Shown in pieces: positions 39,903 through 50,565 of a stretch of 60,721 nt of DNA. Below the pieces are notes generated by a model. It was not told the DNA's origin and ran no database searches. It saw only the letters and a program-made list of their open reading frames with translations. The DNA is taken from positions 1-60,721 of IMG/VR virus record IMGVR_UViG_3300032307_000402. One strand, written 5' to 3'. Source of the stretch: a virus. Its lineage: Duplodnaviria > Caudoviricetes. The position numbers and the translations under genes are program-made. Positions within the stretch are counted from its first letter, which is position 1; every line of letters begins with the position of its first letter.

Positions 39903-41504
39903 TTAATTGGATCTGCTTCCCTCTCCCTGTGCATTTCTACCAGCAATGGTTGATGGACTATCTGAGTTATTAGCAGTCCGTTCTGCGTCTCTTTCTCTAG
40001 AGCCTCTGGTGTTTGCAGCAGCATCTGATGCCTGGCGAGAAGTCAGCTCAAGAGGTGTGTCTCCGCCATCTAGCTGAGCATAACCCAAAACCTCTCTAGC
40101 TTCATTTGGAACAAGAATCTTATTACGAACGTATCTCTCCAAAATCTGAGACTGTGCAATCTCATCAGTAAGCGTTAGTTCATTGAACTTTAATTCTAGA
40201 ATGTCCGTCTGCTCTTTAATAATTTTTGATATTACCTTTTCAAGATTGCGTTGTGCTGGTCTTGCAACCTGCTCCTTAAATGTACGATCTTGAGATAACG
40301 CAGCAGCGATTGAAGCAGCGTCTCCACCACCAATCTTAGAAATAGGAACCTGGTGAGCAATTAGAATATCGTCTCTATTCTGTTTACGATACTCCTTAAA
40401 TGATGCCTCTTGAACACCATTTTCAATTGGCTCCATCTTAAACTCAACCTTGTTGGTATCTGAATCTCCTGGCAGTGGAATGTAGAGTGTCCTGTGCGAC
40501 TGGCCCTTTAGGTTTGTCTGAAGGAATCTAAATAGCTTATCCTCTGCATCACCAGATAGCTTTGCACCCTTTAGGGTAACAATGTATCTTGGAGTTGCCT
40601 TGTTGGCAAAGTAGTCAATGTTGTACTGGGATGCCAACTGGTCTCCATGAAGAGAGCTTATGGCAGACATAATGTCTGGCACACCATAGAAAGTATTGAG
40701 TGGAGAGTATTCCTTAAAGTGGATAATCTCATTTGGACGTGGATCATCTGTGATTGGGTTTTGGTTATTTGCCCCAAAATTGCGGAAATATACAACCTTT
40801 TGGCCAATTGTTTGTACAAATCCATCACGAAGCCTACGAACACGCATTGTAGTAGCTGGAATGTGACCAACATACCCAATTTTACCAGACGTAGTTCTAC
40901 CAATTTCCATGTATCCGTTACCAATAGCCTGAAGATCTGTGACAATTTTTGTCATTGTCTCTGTAAACGAGGCATCCTGATTTAGGTTTTCAAGCCAATC
41001 CTTAAGCTCAATCTTGGCCCTGTCAATTCTTCGACGTGCCCTTTCTTTAGCAGTATCATCTTCCATCATTTCAAGCTTTAGAAGAGTTCTGTCTGTAATC
41101 TTAAAGTCATATCCCAGACCAACGATGTTCTCTACCTTTGCATCAATAGCAGCGTGGTTAGCAAATGATGTGTCATAGTAGTTGGCAAGTTCATAAACAT
41201 TCCATGGTGGAGTGATAACATCGAACATGCCATAGCCATTATAAAAAACTGTTCCTGGGTTTATTTCTTTTGAAGATGCCCCAATTCCCTGCCTAATTGC
41301 AAGTGCGTTGTTTAGATATGCATCAGTAGGCTCTACTGCCTTTGATATCCTATTGGCTCGTCTTTTAAAGTTGTTGTTAAGTCCATTAAAGCCTTTAAGC
41401 TCATCCCAAGACTTGGCAAAAGGATCTTGAGCCTTGAAAACATTTTCCTCTTGCTCAATCTCTGGCATAGAGGCATTAATGTAGCGAGTTTCAGATTCTG
41501 ACAT
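39903..41504 (-). CDS. Portal protein
   Basis: IGNGYMEI, EIIHFK, YGVP, AHQVP and NEARE motifs; upstream of the protease gene. Confidence 0.92.
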   Translation of the reverse strand: MSESETRYINASMPEIEQEENVFKAQDPFAKSWDELKGFNGLNNNFKRRANRISKAVEPTDAYLNNALAIRQGIGASSKEINPGTVFYNGYGMFDVITPPWNVYELANYYDTSFANHAAIDAKVENIVGLGYDFKITDRTLLKLEMMEDDTAKERARRRIDRAKIELKDWLENLNQDASFTETMTKIVTDLQAIGNGYMEIGRTTSGKIGYVGHIPATTMRVRRLRDGFVQTIGQKVVYFRNFGANNQNPITDDPRPNEIIHFKEYSPLNTFYGVPDIMSAISSLHGDQLASQYNIDYFANKATPRYIVTLKGAKLSGDAEDKLFRFLQTNLKGQSHRTLYIPLPGDSDTNKVEFKMEPIENGVQEASFKEYRKQNRDDILIAHQVPISKIGGGDAASIAAALSQDRTFKEQVARPAQRNLEKVISKIIKEQTDILELKFNELTLTDEIAQSQILERYVRNKILVPNEAREVLGYAQLDGGDTPLELTSRQASDAAANTRGSRERDAERTANNSDSPSTIAGRNAQGEGSRSN

Positions 41505-41881
41505 TATTCATCACCATATAGTTGTAGTGTTTTCTTGGCTGCAATAACTGCACCAAGATCATTCATGCTAGGTATAAGGCCCTGCTTCATTCTATCGACC
41601 TGCTCAGAGTGCTCTTCGTCAGAGATCTTACGCATATTTGGATAGAAAACTGCACGTCCTTCTGGCTGACCCCAATACTTTGCAGCATCAGCAAGCTCTT
41701 TAATTCTAGACTTGTCGTCTCTCATACCTTCAATTGACAAAGCATTGCCCTGACCATCTGTAAAAGGCTTACCATTTGGCTTCATCCAAACGTATGTGCC
41801 AAATGCAGAGAAATTTTCTTCAATTACTTGGACCTTTGTGTCACCAATTTGACCAGGAAAGCGTGGTTTTTGATTCTTCAT
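41504..41881 (-). CDS. Hypothetical protein coupled to the portal gene
   Basis: TAATG overlap with portal; TGGTATACT 7 nt upstream of ATG 41881. Confidence 0.7.
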   Translation of the reverse strand: MKNQKPRFPGQIGDTKVQVIEENFSAFGTYVWMKPNGKPFTDGQGNALSIEGMRDDKSRIKELADAAKYWGQPEGRAVFYPNMRKISDEEHSEQVDRMKQGLIPSMNDLGAVIAAKKTLQLYGDE

Positions 41882-41908
41882 GACCACTAGTATACCACAA
41901 TATACTGA

Positions 41909-44900
41909 TTATGACACCTGGGATTGCCACTCAACGTCAGTTATGATCTCATAATTAGCATTTGCAATCGTAACTTTAGAGTAGTCATCTATAATTATCT
42001 TATTAGTACCAACATAGGTATTATAGATATCCTCTGGGTTAATTCCAAAATAACTGCTTTCTGAAACCACTAAGATATCGTCCCAGTTATAGTTACCACC
42101 AAACGGTGTTCTAAGAACGTTATACCATACATCATAGGTGCTTTCTACTCCAAACCAAGATCGTTTTGACTGCCTTTGAATTTCTTGCAATGCACTAGAC
42201 TCATAGTGAGCAATATTGTTTACCAGCATTGGACCAACGAATCTAATGGCACCAACTGCCTCATTAAAGTTAAATGGCTTAGCAAATGCAATTCCAAATG
42301 CTATCCACTCATCAATACTAACCACTGGCTCTCTAACTGGCTTGCCATTTATATAGTATGCAATAGCATTTTCAGTTGCACCTGTTTTTGCATTGATACC
42401 GTAAATTCTTGCCCTCTTTCCAGAAGGCTCTGTGGACTCAATAAAGAATCTTAGATACTCCTCTGTTCCCTGAATCTCAAATAATAGTTCTGGTGTTGAT
42501 GGGAACCTGTCCTGATTAGATCTCAGAAACATCTGTGCACCAATAACCTTATACTGGGGAGCTGCTGCTGGATTTACTTGAACTAAAATTCCACGAGGAA
42601 CCAATCTGTCATTTTGCCCTAAAATTTCTATACCAGAATTCCTATTAAGATATAGATGTGGAGTGCTTCCCTTATAAATTCTAAAAGGATTTCTAGCCTT
42701 GTAGTCAAAATATGCACGATACTGTGTATATGGGAAAATAGACAATCCAAACTTAGTTCCTACTGGATTTGCTGTTTTATCGTTAAAGGCTTCTGAAGCA
42801 TATTCTAGCTTTTTCATAACAAGCTTATCTGTTAAAACATTCAAAACCTTAAACTCCAAATGAGTAACAATTGCTAGAGAGTTTATGTCTATTCCAGATG
42901 GTGGATAAATAACCGTACCGTCAACAATCTCATATTTTGTTGTCATCCAGTCATCTCCTGGAATTACTATATTATTTTTAGGAGCACGTTCTACAGTTAC
43001 AAACGTAGACTCTGGAGCATTAGCACCAGTAGATAAGTACTGAAATGTAATATAGGTTTTTATCAAATAATCATTTGTATTATAAAATGCTCCATCAAAC
43101 TGCGGTAATGCAGGATAGGAACTATTAAACTGAATAAAGTCTAAGTCATAATAATACTCATTAAACTGATCCTGAACATACTGTGCAAAATAAGTTAATG
43201 GTACATAATCTTCCCAATATGAATCAGTTGCAATTTTGATAATTTCTGATTCCGTTGGAGCACCAAAATATAGGGTATAGCTAGCAATATGACTAGATAT
43301 GTTTTCAGAATAGCTAGGATTGTCCAAACCAAAAGATCCTGGACTTCCTCCATCTAGAACTGCTGCCCAAAATGATGGATTATTTCCAAAATACTCATCG
43401 CCAGCATCTATCTGAGATTCATATAGCCAGAAATCCAGCTCTTCTGTATCAATAAAATACTGAGAAATTTTATTAAAGTTTCTACTAGTACACAGACCAA
43501 CCCTAACCAAGTCTCCCATAAATGTTTTTTCAAAAGATGCAGTTCCACCAAAATAAAACTTAAGCTTGTTTACATCGCTAAAAAATGCAGCTACATTTCC
43601 ACCAAAATAATCTGAAAATGATTTAATATTTATTCCAGTAAAAATATTAGAATTAGCAGTTAGTCCTGTTGAACTGTGTAGCTGCTGTTCGCTGGCCCCA
43701 TACTTTAGCTTATATACAATATTTTCATTAATTATAGAAATTTGGAAATAATTATTGTTAGACTCATTCTGAATTCTTAAAAGTACTTGTTCTTGTGGCA
43801 ATAAAGATGATACCTTAAATATTAAATAAAATGCTGCTAAATTATTTTTTAATATATTAAAATTGTTAAACAATAAATACCCTTTATTTCCAGGATCTCC
43901 AAATGTAATCTGGCCATTATCTTGATCAGCTAGCCAATTTGCAAAAGTTTCTGACTCTAAAACTATTTCTGGCTTAGTATATTCTGGTGGTATCAGTGCA
44001 TTATTTTTAATTTGTACGTTTTCCAAAATACCCTGATTCCATTTACCAATATCTGGATATGAATAATTATTTGTGTAATCTGCAAACGCATAGTCAATAG
44101 CAGCTAGCTGACCACCAAAAGACCTATTTGAACCTTCTGGAGATTCAACTGCCTGTCCATAGCCAAACCTTCTTTTAGCAACAATTGCAGGAACCTTATA
44201 TGCATATATTGCAGGAACATCAAGTTCTACTGATGATGCGTATGATGGGCAATAAAATCTGACCCACCTGTTTGTTGCAGTATCATTTGTTAAATAATTA
44301 AATGGAGATTCGTCTAAATCAATTTCTAATACCGTTTCGCCATTAATCATCAATCCTGCTACAAATTCAGAAACATAGAGGTCCATTAATCTTGGTGAAG
44401 ACCAATCTCCAATGAAATATTTTTCTGATTTATTGGCAATATTTAAAATTAAAAATGGGCCATCCATTTCTATTGATACATTTGATGGCGTAATTTCAAC
44501 TAAAACTGATGGGTCATTGCCATTGCTATAGGAAACCTGATTAACACGTAACCAAAATTCAAGTGTGTAGAATTTAGAAGATCCAGATCTTGTTAGCATT
44601 CCACTAGACGGAATCATGAAACTTGGCATATTGTCATAATTGTGGAATAACTTTGTAACGTTTGAGGATCCATATACCATTGGAACTGAAGTATTCTTAC
44701 ATGCCATTTGCTTAGATTCTGAATTATATAAATAATATCCAGGATTAGTGATTAAGCCGTAGGCATTGGCCTTAAGACCACCCAAAGTTTCTAATGAAGT
44801 AGTAGATACAGTTTCAATATCATCTACACTGATTCCCAAAGAGGTTACCGCAAACTCTTCAGACCATTGACCAACAGATATTCCATTTACATAATAATCT

Positions 44901-45448
44901 ATTGATGAATATGACATGTTTGCTGCATAAGTAACTCTTAAAAATATAATTATATCTGCAGCAGTATTGACTGCATCAAAAGTATGAGATAGGTGCAACC
45001 ACTGACCACTTATATTAGATGAAAAATATTGTGCTTTTTCAACCAATGTGGAGGTAGCTGGATCAGTATATCTATATCCTATTTCATACCCAACATTGTA
45101 TGGATTATCTGCATAAACAAAAAATCCTAAATTAAATGTTTTTCTTTCATTTGTGGGATCAAAAGCATTTGGATCTAAAGCTGCCTTGCTGAATTCAGCT
45201 GTGTGGAAAAGACTTGGTGCAGGATTATATGCAGTAATTTTTGAGATATAGCTATTTGGAAAAGGGGCATTTAAAAATTGTGGAACATTAGAAGCAGCTA
45301 CAAGAGAACTATCTGCAGTCCAATATACAAGATCTCTTGCAGACTCTGGAATTAAAGATATGTAATCAACATTCTCATCTAATGACCATAAAGATGTGGG
45401 ATGTTCAGCAAACACCTTTTCGGCATAAAGATTTGATGTATTAGACAT
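41909..45448 (-). CDS. Large virion structural protein with ConA/LamG-like domains
   Basis: AEHPTSLWSLDE and YTLEFWLR; beta-rich, 1179 aa; TGATAAAAT 6 nt upstream of the ATG. Confidence 0.6.
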   Translation of the reverse strand: MSNTSNLYAEKVFAEHPTSLWSLDENVDYISLIPESARDLVYWTADSSLVAASNVPQFLNAPFPNSYISKITAYNPAPSLFHTAEFSKAALDPNAFDPTNERKTFNLGFFVYADNPYNVGYEIGYRYTDPATSTLVEKAQYFSSNISGQWLHLSHTFDAVNTAADIIIFLRVTYAANMSYSSIDYYVNGISVGQWSEEFAVTSLGISVDDIETVSTTSLETLGGLKANAYGLITNPGYYLYNSESKQMACKNTSVPMVYGSSNVTKLFHNYDNMPSFMIPSSGMLTRSGSSKFYTLEFWLRVNQVSYSNGNDPSVLVEITPSNVSIEMDGPFLILNIANKSEKYFIGDWSSPRLMDLYVSEFVAGLMINGETVLEIDLDESPFNYLTNDTATNRWVRFYCPSYASSVELDVPAIYAYKVPAIVAKRRFGYGQAVESPEGSNRSFGGQLAAIDYAFADYTNNYSYPDIGKWNQGILENVQIKNNALIPPEYTKPEIVLESETFANWLADQDNGQITFGDPGNKGYLLFNNFNILKNNLAAFYLIFKVSSLLPQEQVLLRIQNESNNNYFQISIINENIVYKLKYGASEQQLHSSTGLTANSNIFTGINIKSFSDYFGGNVAAFFSDVNKLKFYFGGTASFEKTFMGDLVRVGLCTSRNFNKISQYFIDTEELDFWLYESQIDAGDEYFGNNPSFWAAVLDGGSPGSFGLDNPSYSENISSHIASYTLYFGAPTESEIIKIATDSYWEDYVPLTYFAQYVQDQFNEYYYDLDFIQFNSSYPALPQFDGAFYNTNDYLIKTYITFQYLSTGANAPESTFVTVERAPKNNIVIPGDDWMTTKYEIVDGTVIYPPSGIDINSLAIVTHLEFKVLNVLTDKLVMKKLEYASEAFNDKTANPVGTKFGLSIFPYTQYRAYFDYKARNPFRIYKGSTPHLYLNRNSGIEILGQNDRLVPRGILVQVNPAAAPQYKVIGAQMFLRSNQDRFPSTPELLFEIQGTEEYLRFFIESTEPSGKRARIYGINAKTGATENAIAYYINGKPVREPVVSIDEWIAFGIAFAKPFNFNEAVGAIRFVGPMLVNNIAHYESSALQEIQRQSKRSWFGVESTYDVWYNVLRTPFGGNYNWDDILVVSESSYFGINPEDIYNTYVGTNKIIIDDYSKVTIANANYEIITDVEWQSQVS

Positions 45449-45481
45449 ACAGTAATTTTATCACACATCGTTGAAAAATAT

Positions 45482-45826
45482 TTATTCTACTAGATTCCAA
45501 GATGTGTCCTGTTCGTTCCATAAGTAGAACCTCTGATCTGTTGGATATGGGATTGGTGGTTCCCAGCTACAAGTCTCTTCGTTTAAAGTCCATGAGAGAA
45601 ATGGCTGTGGTGGAATAAAAGCATCCAAATCTTCGTCATACTTGTATCCTATTCCAGCATAGTTCTTGCGAATGTTGCCGTTGTAGGAGGTACGAACGCA
45701 ACGTTGACCTCTGAACTCACCATACCAGGTCTCAGGATCTTTGTCTTCAATTAACTCATTTTCATCAATACCAGGAATTACCTCTGTTACGATGTTGTTT
45801 TCATCTAAAAATGCATAGTGTGCCAT
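45482..45826 (-). CDS. Small fibre-associated partner protein (cassette 1)
   Basis: MAHYAFLD, YAGIGYKYD and FIPPQPFLSWTLNEETCSWEPPIPYP; paralog of 48566-48871. Confidence 0.7.
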   Translation of the reverse strand: MAHYAFLDENNIVTEVIPGIDENELIEDKDPETWYGEFRGQRCVRTSYNGNIRKNYAGIGYKYDEDLDAFIPPQPFLSWTLNEETCSWEPPIPYPTDQRFYLWNEQDTSWNLVE

Positions 45827-45837
45827 ATTTTTCCTTC

Positions 45838-47553
45838 CTAGCTAAAGCTAATATTTCCTGTTCCTGCTGTAAATATAGTTATCTTATCTGTACCAATGGT
45901 AGCTGTAGTAAATGATAATCCAGCACCACCATTTACATTAAAGGTAGATGGATATCTAATAATAACTGTTCCAGATCCGCCTGAGTTTCCTCCATTAACA
46001 TACCCTCCACCAGCACCACTGCCAGTATTTACTGCTCCAGCGGTTCCTGCTAGAGCTGGACCTCCAAGACCACTACCACCAGTACCGCCACCGCCTTGAC
46101 CACCAACACCACCAGCATTTGAATCGCCACCGCCACCGCCACCACCAGCTCGGATCACAGATGTGCCAGTGATATTAGACGCAAGGCCATTGCCTCCACG
46201 ACCACCTCGCAAGTTTACTGCAGTTTGCTGACCAGTTTCACCAGCACCACCACCACCTCCACCACCTCCGATGAAGCTAGGGTGCTGCCTAGAGCCACTA
46301 AACCCTTGATTAGCAGTACCAGCAGCTCCAGCGTTTTGCTCATACGAACCGCCACCAGAACCGCCAGTATTTCCATTTATTGCACCAAAACCACCGCCAA
46401 TAGACGTGATTGTTGCAAAAACTGAGTTGGAGCCATTTACACCAACTGATCCTCCAGAACCACCAGCACCAACAGTTACAGCATAATTAGTAGCTGTAGA
46501 TAAGCTTAAACTAGGTTCAGCAGCAGCACCACCACCAGATTGCCCTACGCTAGTTCTGTAGCCACCAGCACCAGCACCACCACCTGTAGTATTCGTTCCA
46601 CCGCCACCAGCGATGACAAGATAATCAACTGCTACAGTCTGTATAGGTGCAAACTGAATCGAACCAGTGCCAGCAGTAAAGGTTGTTACCTTATTGTTTC
46701 CAACTGTGGCTGTTGTGGAAGTAAGACCTGCACCACCTGTAATTCCGTATTGAGATGGATATCTAAGTATAACTATGCCAGAACCACCAGAACCTGTAAC
46801 AGTTCCCTGTCTTTCACCAGAACCACCACCTCCACCTGTGTTGACTGATCCACTAGTGCCATTAGCCCAGCCACCAGCACCACCACCGCCTGCACCACCC
46901 ACAGTTGTATCTCCAGAAGACTCTGTAGATCCACCGCCACCACCAGCTCTCATTACTGAACTTCCTGTAATAGAAGAGGCTAAGCCGTTTCCGCCATTTC
47001 CACTAGATGATGAAGTAGATCCATCCCCTCCTGCCTGGCCTGCACCACCACCACCACCGCCTACCTTTCCAGGACTTGAGCCACCACCACCCAGAACATA
47101 AGCTCCTCCGTTAAATCCTTGTCCAACTGTGCCAGAGCCACCAGAAGATGGGACTCCAGACTCAGCCCCTCCTCCACCACCAGAACCACCATTTTTACCA
47201 TTTCTGCCAAGCTGATAGACACCGCCACCACCGCCACCAACAGATAAAATTGTTGAAAAAATAGAATTTGACCCATTATTACCAGGACTTGTATGAGGTG
47301 GTGGAGTAGCTGCTCCAGCCCCTACGGTCACAGCGTAGTCTACAGATGGTTGAGCAATAAATATTGACTCTGCAGAAGTCCCTCCACCAGAAGACTCTCC
47401 GATCACGGATGAGCGATAGCCTCCTGCACCACCACCGCCACCATGATATTCATTTGATGCACCAGACCCACCGCCAGCAATTACAAGATATTCAACGCTT
47501 ATGCCTGCTGCCTGTGCTGATGCTCCCAAAACTCCACCCAGAATTCCAGGCAT
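45838..47553 (-). CDS. Glycine-rich two-repeat adhesin-like protein (cassette 1 passenger)
   Basis: Two units running from V[ED]YLVIAGGG to G[IT]VI[LI]RYPS; start ATG 47553 in a TAATG overlap. Confidence 0.75.
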   Translation of the reverse strand: MPGILGGVLGASAQAAGISVEYLVIAGGGSGASNEYHGGGGGAGGYRSSVIGESSGGGTSAESIFIAQPSVDYAVTVGAGAATPPPHTSPGNNGSNSIFSTILSVGGGGGGVYQLGRNGKNGGSGGGGGAESGVPSSGGSGTVGQGFNGGAYVLGGGGSSPGKVGGGGGGAGQAGGDGSTSSSSGNGGNGLASSITGSSVMRAGGGGGSTESSGDTTVGGAGGGGAGGWANGTSGSVNTGGGGGSGERQGTVTGSGGSGIVILRYPSQYGITGGAGLTSTTATVGNNKVTTFTAGTGSIQFAPIQTVAVDYLVIAGGGGTNTTGGGAGAGGYRTSVGQSGGGAAAEPSLSLSTATNYAVTVGAGGSGGSVGVNGSNSVFATITSIGGGFGAINGNTGGSGGGSYEQNAGAAGTANQGFSGSRQHPSFIGGGGGGGGAGETGQQTAVNLRGGRGGNGLASNITGTSVIRAGGGGGGGDSNAGGVGGQGGGGTGGSGLGGPALAGTAGAVNTGSGAGGGYVNGGNSGGSGTVIIRYPSTFNVNGGAGLSFTTATIGTDKITIFTAGTGNISFS

Positions 47554-48533
47554 TAGCTTATCCCTACTCCTGAAATATACCACTTAGTAGCTTCAGTTTT
47601 TACTAGAGTTGCCATTCCATGCTGAGCAATCGTACGTGTTCCAGTAGACCCTGTTCCAACCTGAACAAGAGTATTGCTTGTAATTGCTATAGAATTATTT
47701 CCAGTACCACCATTAATAATTACAATAGTTGTTCCAATTTCAAACGGCACAGATGAATTAGCTGGGATGGTGATTGTCTGACTAGCTCCAGTGACATAGA
47801 TTTGCTTACCAGCATGAGACGTAGAAAGTGTAAGTCCACCAGATGCAACTGCAACTTGTGGTAATCCAATAAATCCAACTGCTTTTGCTGAATTAGTAGA
47901 TGAAGGCTCTGCTGGGATTCCTTCTATAGAGTCGAACCTTCCCAATGGAGAGGATACTATTTGTGATGCACTTACTCCACCAGCAGATACGGTCCCACCA
48001 GCAGATACGTATGCTACCGTTTCCCCATCTGAATTAAGCCATTCCTGCAAGCTAAAGGCACCAGAACCGCCTGGAGCAAGCCTAATAGCTAATCCAGTCG
48101 ATCCATCTGGAACAGTCAAAGTGTTTGACCAAGATGCTGCAGTTCCATTAGTAGTTAAAAGCTTTCCAACCTGACCAGACTGAGATGGAAGAGATTGAAG
48201 ACCTGAGACTGTAGCCCCTGTAAAGTCTACAGTACCAGTAAAGGTTGGACTATTTTTGGTTGCCAAGGTATCTAGAATATCTGCATTATCATTAAGAGCT
48301 TCTGCAATTTCATTCAATGTATTTAATGTAGAAGGAGCTCCATCTACAATGGTTGCTACAATACCGTTGGCATCTTGAAAATATGGCAAGGATGACCATG
48401 CAGTAGTTCCATTACCAAGCTTAAACTTTCCAGTGTCATATTCAATACCAAACTCTCCACGAGCTAAGGTTGGGTTACCACTGGTCCACTCACTAGCGGT
48501 ACCACGCCTATTCTGAATACGAGTTATTGCCAC
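47553..48533 (-). CDS. Fibre/adaptor protein with Mtd-N/hyaluronidase-N-like domain (cassette 1 adaptor)
   Basis: RIQNRRGTASEW, NPTLARGEFGIEYDTGKFKLGNG and APSTLNTLNEIA; conserved C-terminal domain. Confidence 0.75.
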   Translation of the reverse strand: MAITRIQNRRGTASEWTSGNPTLARGEFGIEYDTGKFKLGNGTTAWSSLPYFQDANGIVATIVDGAPSTLNTLNEIAEALNDNADILDTLATKNSPTFTGTVDFTGATVSGLQSLPSQSGQVGKLLTTNGTAASWSNTLTVPDGSTGLAIRLAPGGSGAFSLQEWLNSDGETVAYVSAGGTVSAGGVSASQIVSSPLGRFDSIEGIPAEPSSTNSAKAVGFIGLPQVAVASGGLTLSTSHAGKQIYVTGASQTITIPANSSVPFEIGTTIVIINGGTGNNSIAITSNTLVQVGTGSTGTRTIAQHGMATLVKTEATKWYISGVGIS

Positions 48534-48552
48534 AAGAATCTCCTACTAGAGT

Positions 48553-48561
48553 ATTATAGCA
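48553..48561 (-). promoter_or_regulatory. Extended -10 TGCTATAAT
   Basis: Intergenic, at the start of cassette 1. Confidence 0.65.
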
Positions 48562-48565
48562 TTTA

Positions 48566-48871
48566 TTAAGACCAAGATCTGGAATTTTCATCCCATATCG
48601 CAAATTCATTTGGTCTGTCAATTGGTGGCTTCCAAGTTGCATTCTTAGCATCAAGAACCCAAGATCTAAATGTTTTAGATGGCAAGACTAAATTTTTCTT
48701 TTTATCATAAATTCTGCCGTATTGTCTAAAGCTTTCACACTTTGTTGCATCAGTAATATCAACTATATCATAGTCATATCCAGCAATAGCATATAGTCTT
48801 GCATGGTCAGCACTTGGTGCATCAATAAACTTAATAATGTTTGTGCCAACTATCTGTGCAAATATTTTCAT
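48566..48871 (-). CDS. Small fibre-associated partner protein (cassette 2)
   Basis: SWVLDAKNATWKPPIDRP and WDENSRSW; paralog of 45482-45826. Confidence 0.7.
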   Translation of the reverse strand: MKIFAQIVGTNIIKFIDAPSADHARLYAIAGYDYDIVDITDATKCESFRQYGRIYDKKKNLVLPSKTFRSWVLDAKNATWKPPIDRPNEFAIWDENSRSWS

Positions 48872-48880
48872 AATGATTCC

Positions 48881-50092
48881 TTAATAGTTTACCTTTATAG
48901 AATGAATTCTCGTATAGCCTGCTGATGCATCCCATCCAGAATTAGTTACATTAAGCTGCATCTTTCCATTGCCACCATTAGTAATTGGCACAGTTACAGT
49001 TCTTTCAGTAAAGTTATAATCGTTTGGATTGGCAATTTGGAATCCGCTTAGCTCACCAGAATTATTTGGATAGAAGAAGTTCGAATAGTAGTACCATGGA
49101 GCAACACTGTATGAAGAAATAACAAGAGTGATTGATGTAGCTCCAGTGAGATCAATATCATTAACTGTTCGTGCCTGGCCATCTTGCCACCATGGAGCAC
49201 TCATAGTTATATAGTTATTTGCTGTAGAAAATACTGGCTCTCCATAGCCACCAGTAATAAATGTTGTCCAGCCACCAGTAACAGAGCTATTAGGCCCAGT
49301 GGAAGAATCAAAAACTACTAATTGTGATGGCATTAGGATTTCTAATTCAGTATTATAAATATTCAAAATCTCTTCATCTGATAGTGCATAATTATAAAGC
49401 TTTACATTTGCAACATTTCTTCCATAGTCGTCACCATTAATGTAAAACTTATCCTTATCAGTTAAGGACCTTATGGTACCTGTATATGTTCCAACATTAT
49501 TGCCATTTATATAAAATCTAAATTTTGTTTGAGAGGAATACTTTATTGCCACATGAGTATACTCTGGTGGTTCATTTACATATGAGCTTGTAGATGATGT
49601 TAGTGTAAGCCCAGTATTTTCATTGCTTATTATTTTATACCCAAATACCCAGCCTGGATCATTATTTTTTCCATGTATAATTCCAGCAAGTGGATATGGC
49701 GAGTCATCATTCTGAATATAAAGTGCTAAATCGTCAAATTCTGAATATGGCCAAGCGGTTGGATCTTCTGGCACACTAAGCCATGCAGAAAATGTAAAAG
49801 CTTCAAGGTTGCCATATAAATTAGGTATTTTTAATAAGGCATCATTAAACATATCAAGAATACCTTTATTAGAATTTATTAATCCAAAATTTTCAGAATA
49901 TGGAGTAGGAGCACCATTATAAAGAACCTGACCATGCAATCTATGCCCAGAAGTATCAGAAACCAATACCCCACTTTGACTGCCATAATTAAGAAATTGA
50001 GACCCTACGCCATAAGAGGCTATTAAGCTATTTGGGTCAAAGGATACTTTTGCTCCTGCAGCTGCAACTATACCAAACGGTATTCTGCTCAT
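48881..50092 (-). CDS. LamG/ConA-like domain protein (cassette 2 passenger)
   Basis: FTFSAW, THVAIKY, FYING and VKLYNYALSDEEI motifs. Confidence 0.75.
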   Translation of the reverse strand: MSRIPFGIVAAAGAKVSFDPNSLIASYGVGSQFLNYGSQSGVLVSDTSGHRLHGQVLYNGAPTPYSENFGLINSNKGILDMFNDALLKIPNLYGNLEAFTFSAWLSVPEDPTAWPYSEFDDLALYIQNDDSPYPLAGIIHGKNNDPGWVFGYKIISNENTGLTLTSSTSSYVNEPPEYTHVAIKYSSQTKFRFYINGNNVGTYTGTIRSLTDKDKFYINGDDYGRNVANVKLYNYALSDEEILNIYNTELEILMPSQLVVFDSSTGPNSSVTGGWTTFITGGYGEPVFSTANNYITMSAPWWQDGQARTVNDIDLTGATSITLVISSYSVAPWYYYSNFFYPNNSGELSGFQIANPNDYNFTERTVTVPITNGGNGKMQLNVTNSGWDASAGYTRIHSIKVNY

Positions 50093-50093
50093 T

Positions 50094-50561
50094 TTATGCC
50101 TCTAGGTCTCCAAACAATATAAAGTCTACATTGCCTGTTTGAAGAATTGTTGCGATTCCCTTTCCAGGAATTGTATACTTGTTTTCTCTTTGAGAAATGG
50201 AATATGGTGAATTTGCTGTAACTGTTACGCCCACTCCACCTGGTGGAGATGGATTTACAACGGTAAAGCTTTTTCCTGCACCACCCAAAGAAGCGTTTAT
50301 TGTAACTGTTCCTGCAATAGCTGTAATGATCTTTCCATTTTCAGTGCCATCTACAGTATGTCCCATGCCCATAGATGCATTTCCCTGAATGTATGCTGGA
50401 GAGACCAGGGCATTTATAGAATTTGTCACATTTGTAGCAAAGTTAGCATCATCATTAATGGCTGCAGCAATTTCATTAAGAGTATTAAGAGTGCTTGGAG
50501 CTGAGTCAACAATGGCTGCTACTATAGCATCTGTATTTGCTCCGCCATAAAATGTTGCCAT
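50094..50561 (-). CDS. Short fibre/adaptor protein (cassette 2 adaptor)
   Basis: APSTLNTLNEIAAAINDD; C-terminus ATILQTGNVDFILFGDLEA. Confidence 0.7.
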   Translation of the reverse strand: MATFYGGANTDAIVAAIVDSAPSTLNTLNEIAAAINDDANFATNVTNSINALVSPAYIQGNASMGMGHTVDGTENGKIITAIAGTVTINASLGGAGKSFTVVNPSPPGGVGVTVTANSPYSISQRENKYTIPGKGIATILQTGNVDFILFGDLEA

Positions 50562-50565
50562 ATGC

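Noticed and set aside
299-47573. Many + strand ORFs in the track (e.g. 1346-1600, 5740-6120, 25737-26255, 28713-29480, 38665-39219, 46775-47101)
   Set aside because: They are antisense shadows of well-supported - strand genes, with no recognisable motifs.
47553-48533. Diversity-generating retroelement suggested by the Mtd-N-like domain
   Set aside because: No reverse transcriptase and no TR/VR pair differing at adenines was seen in the window.
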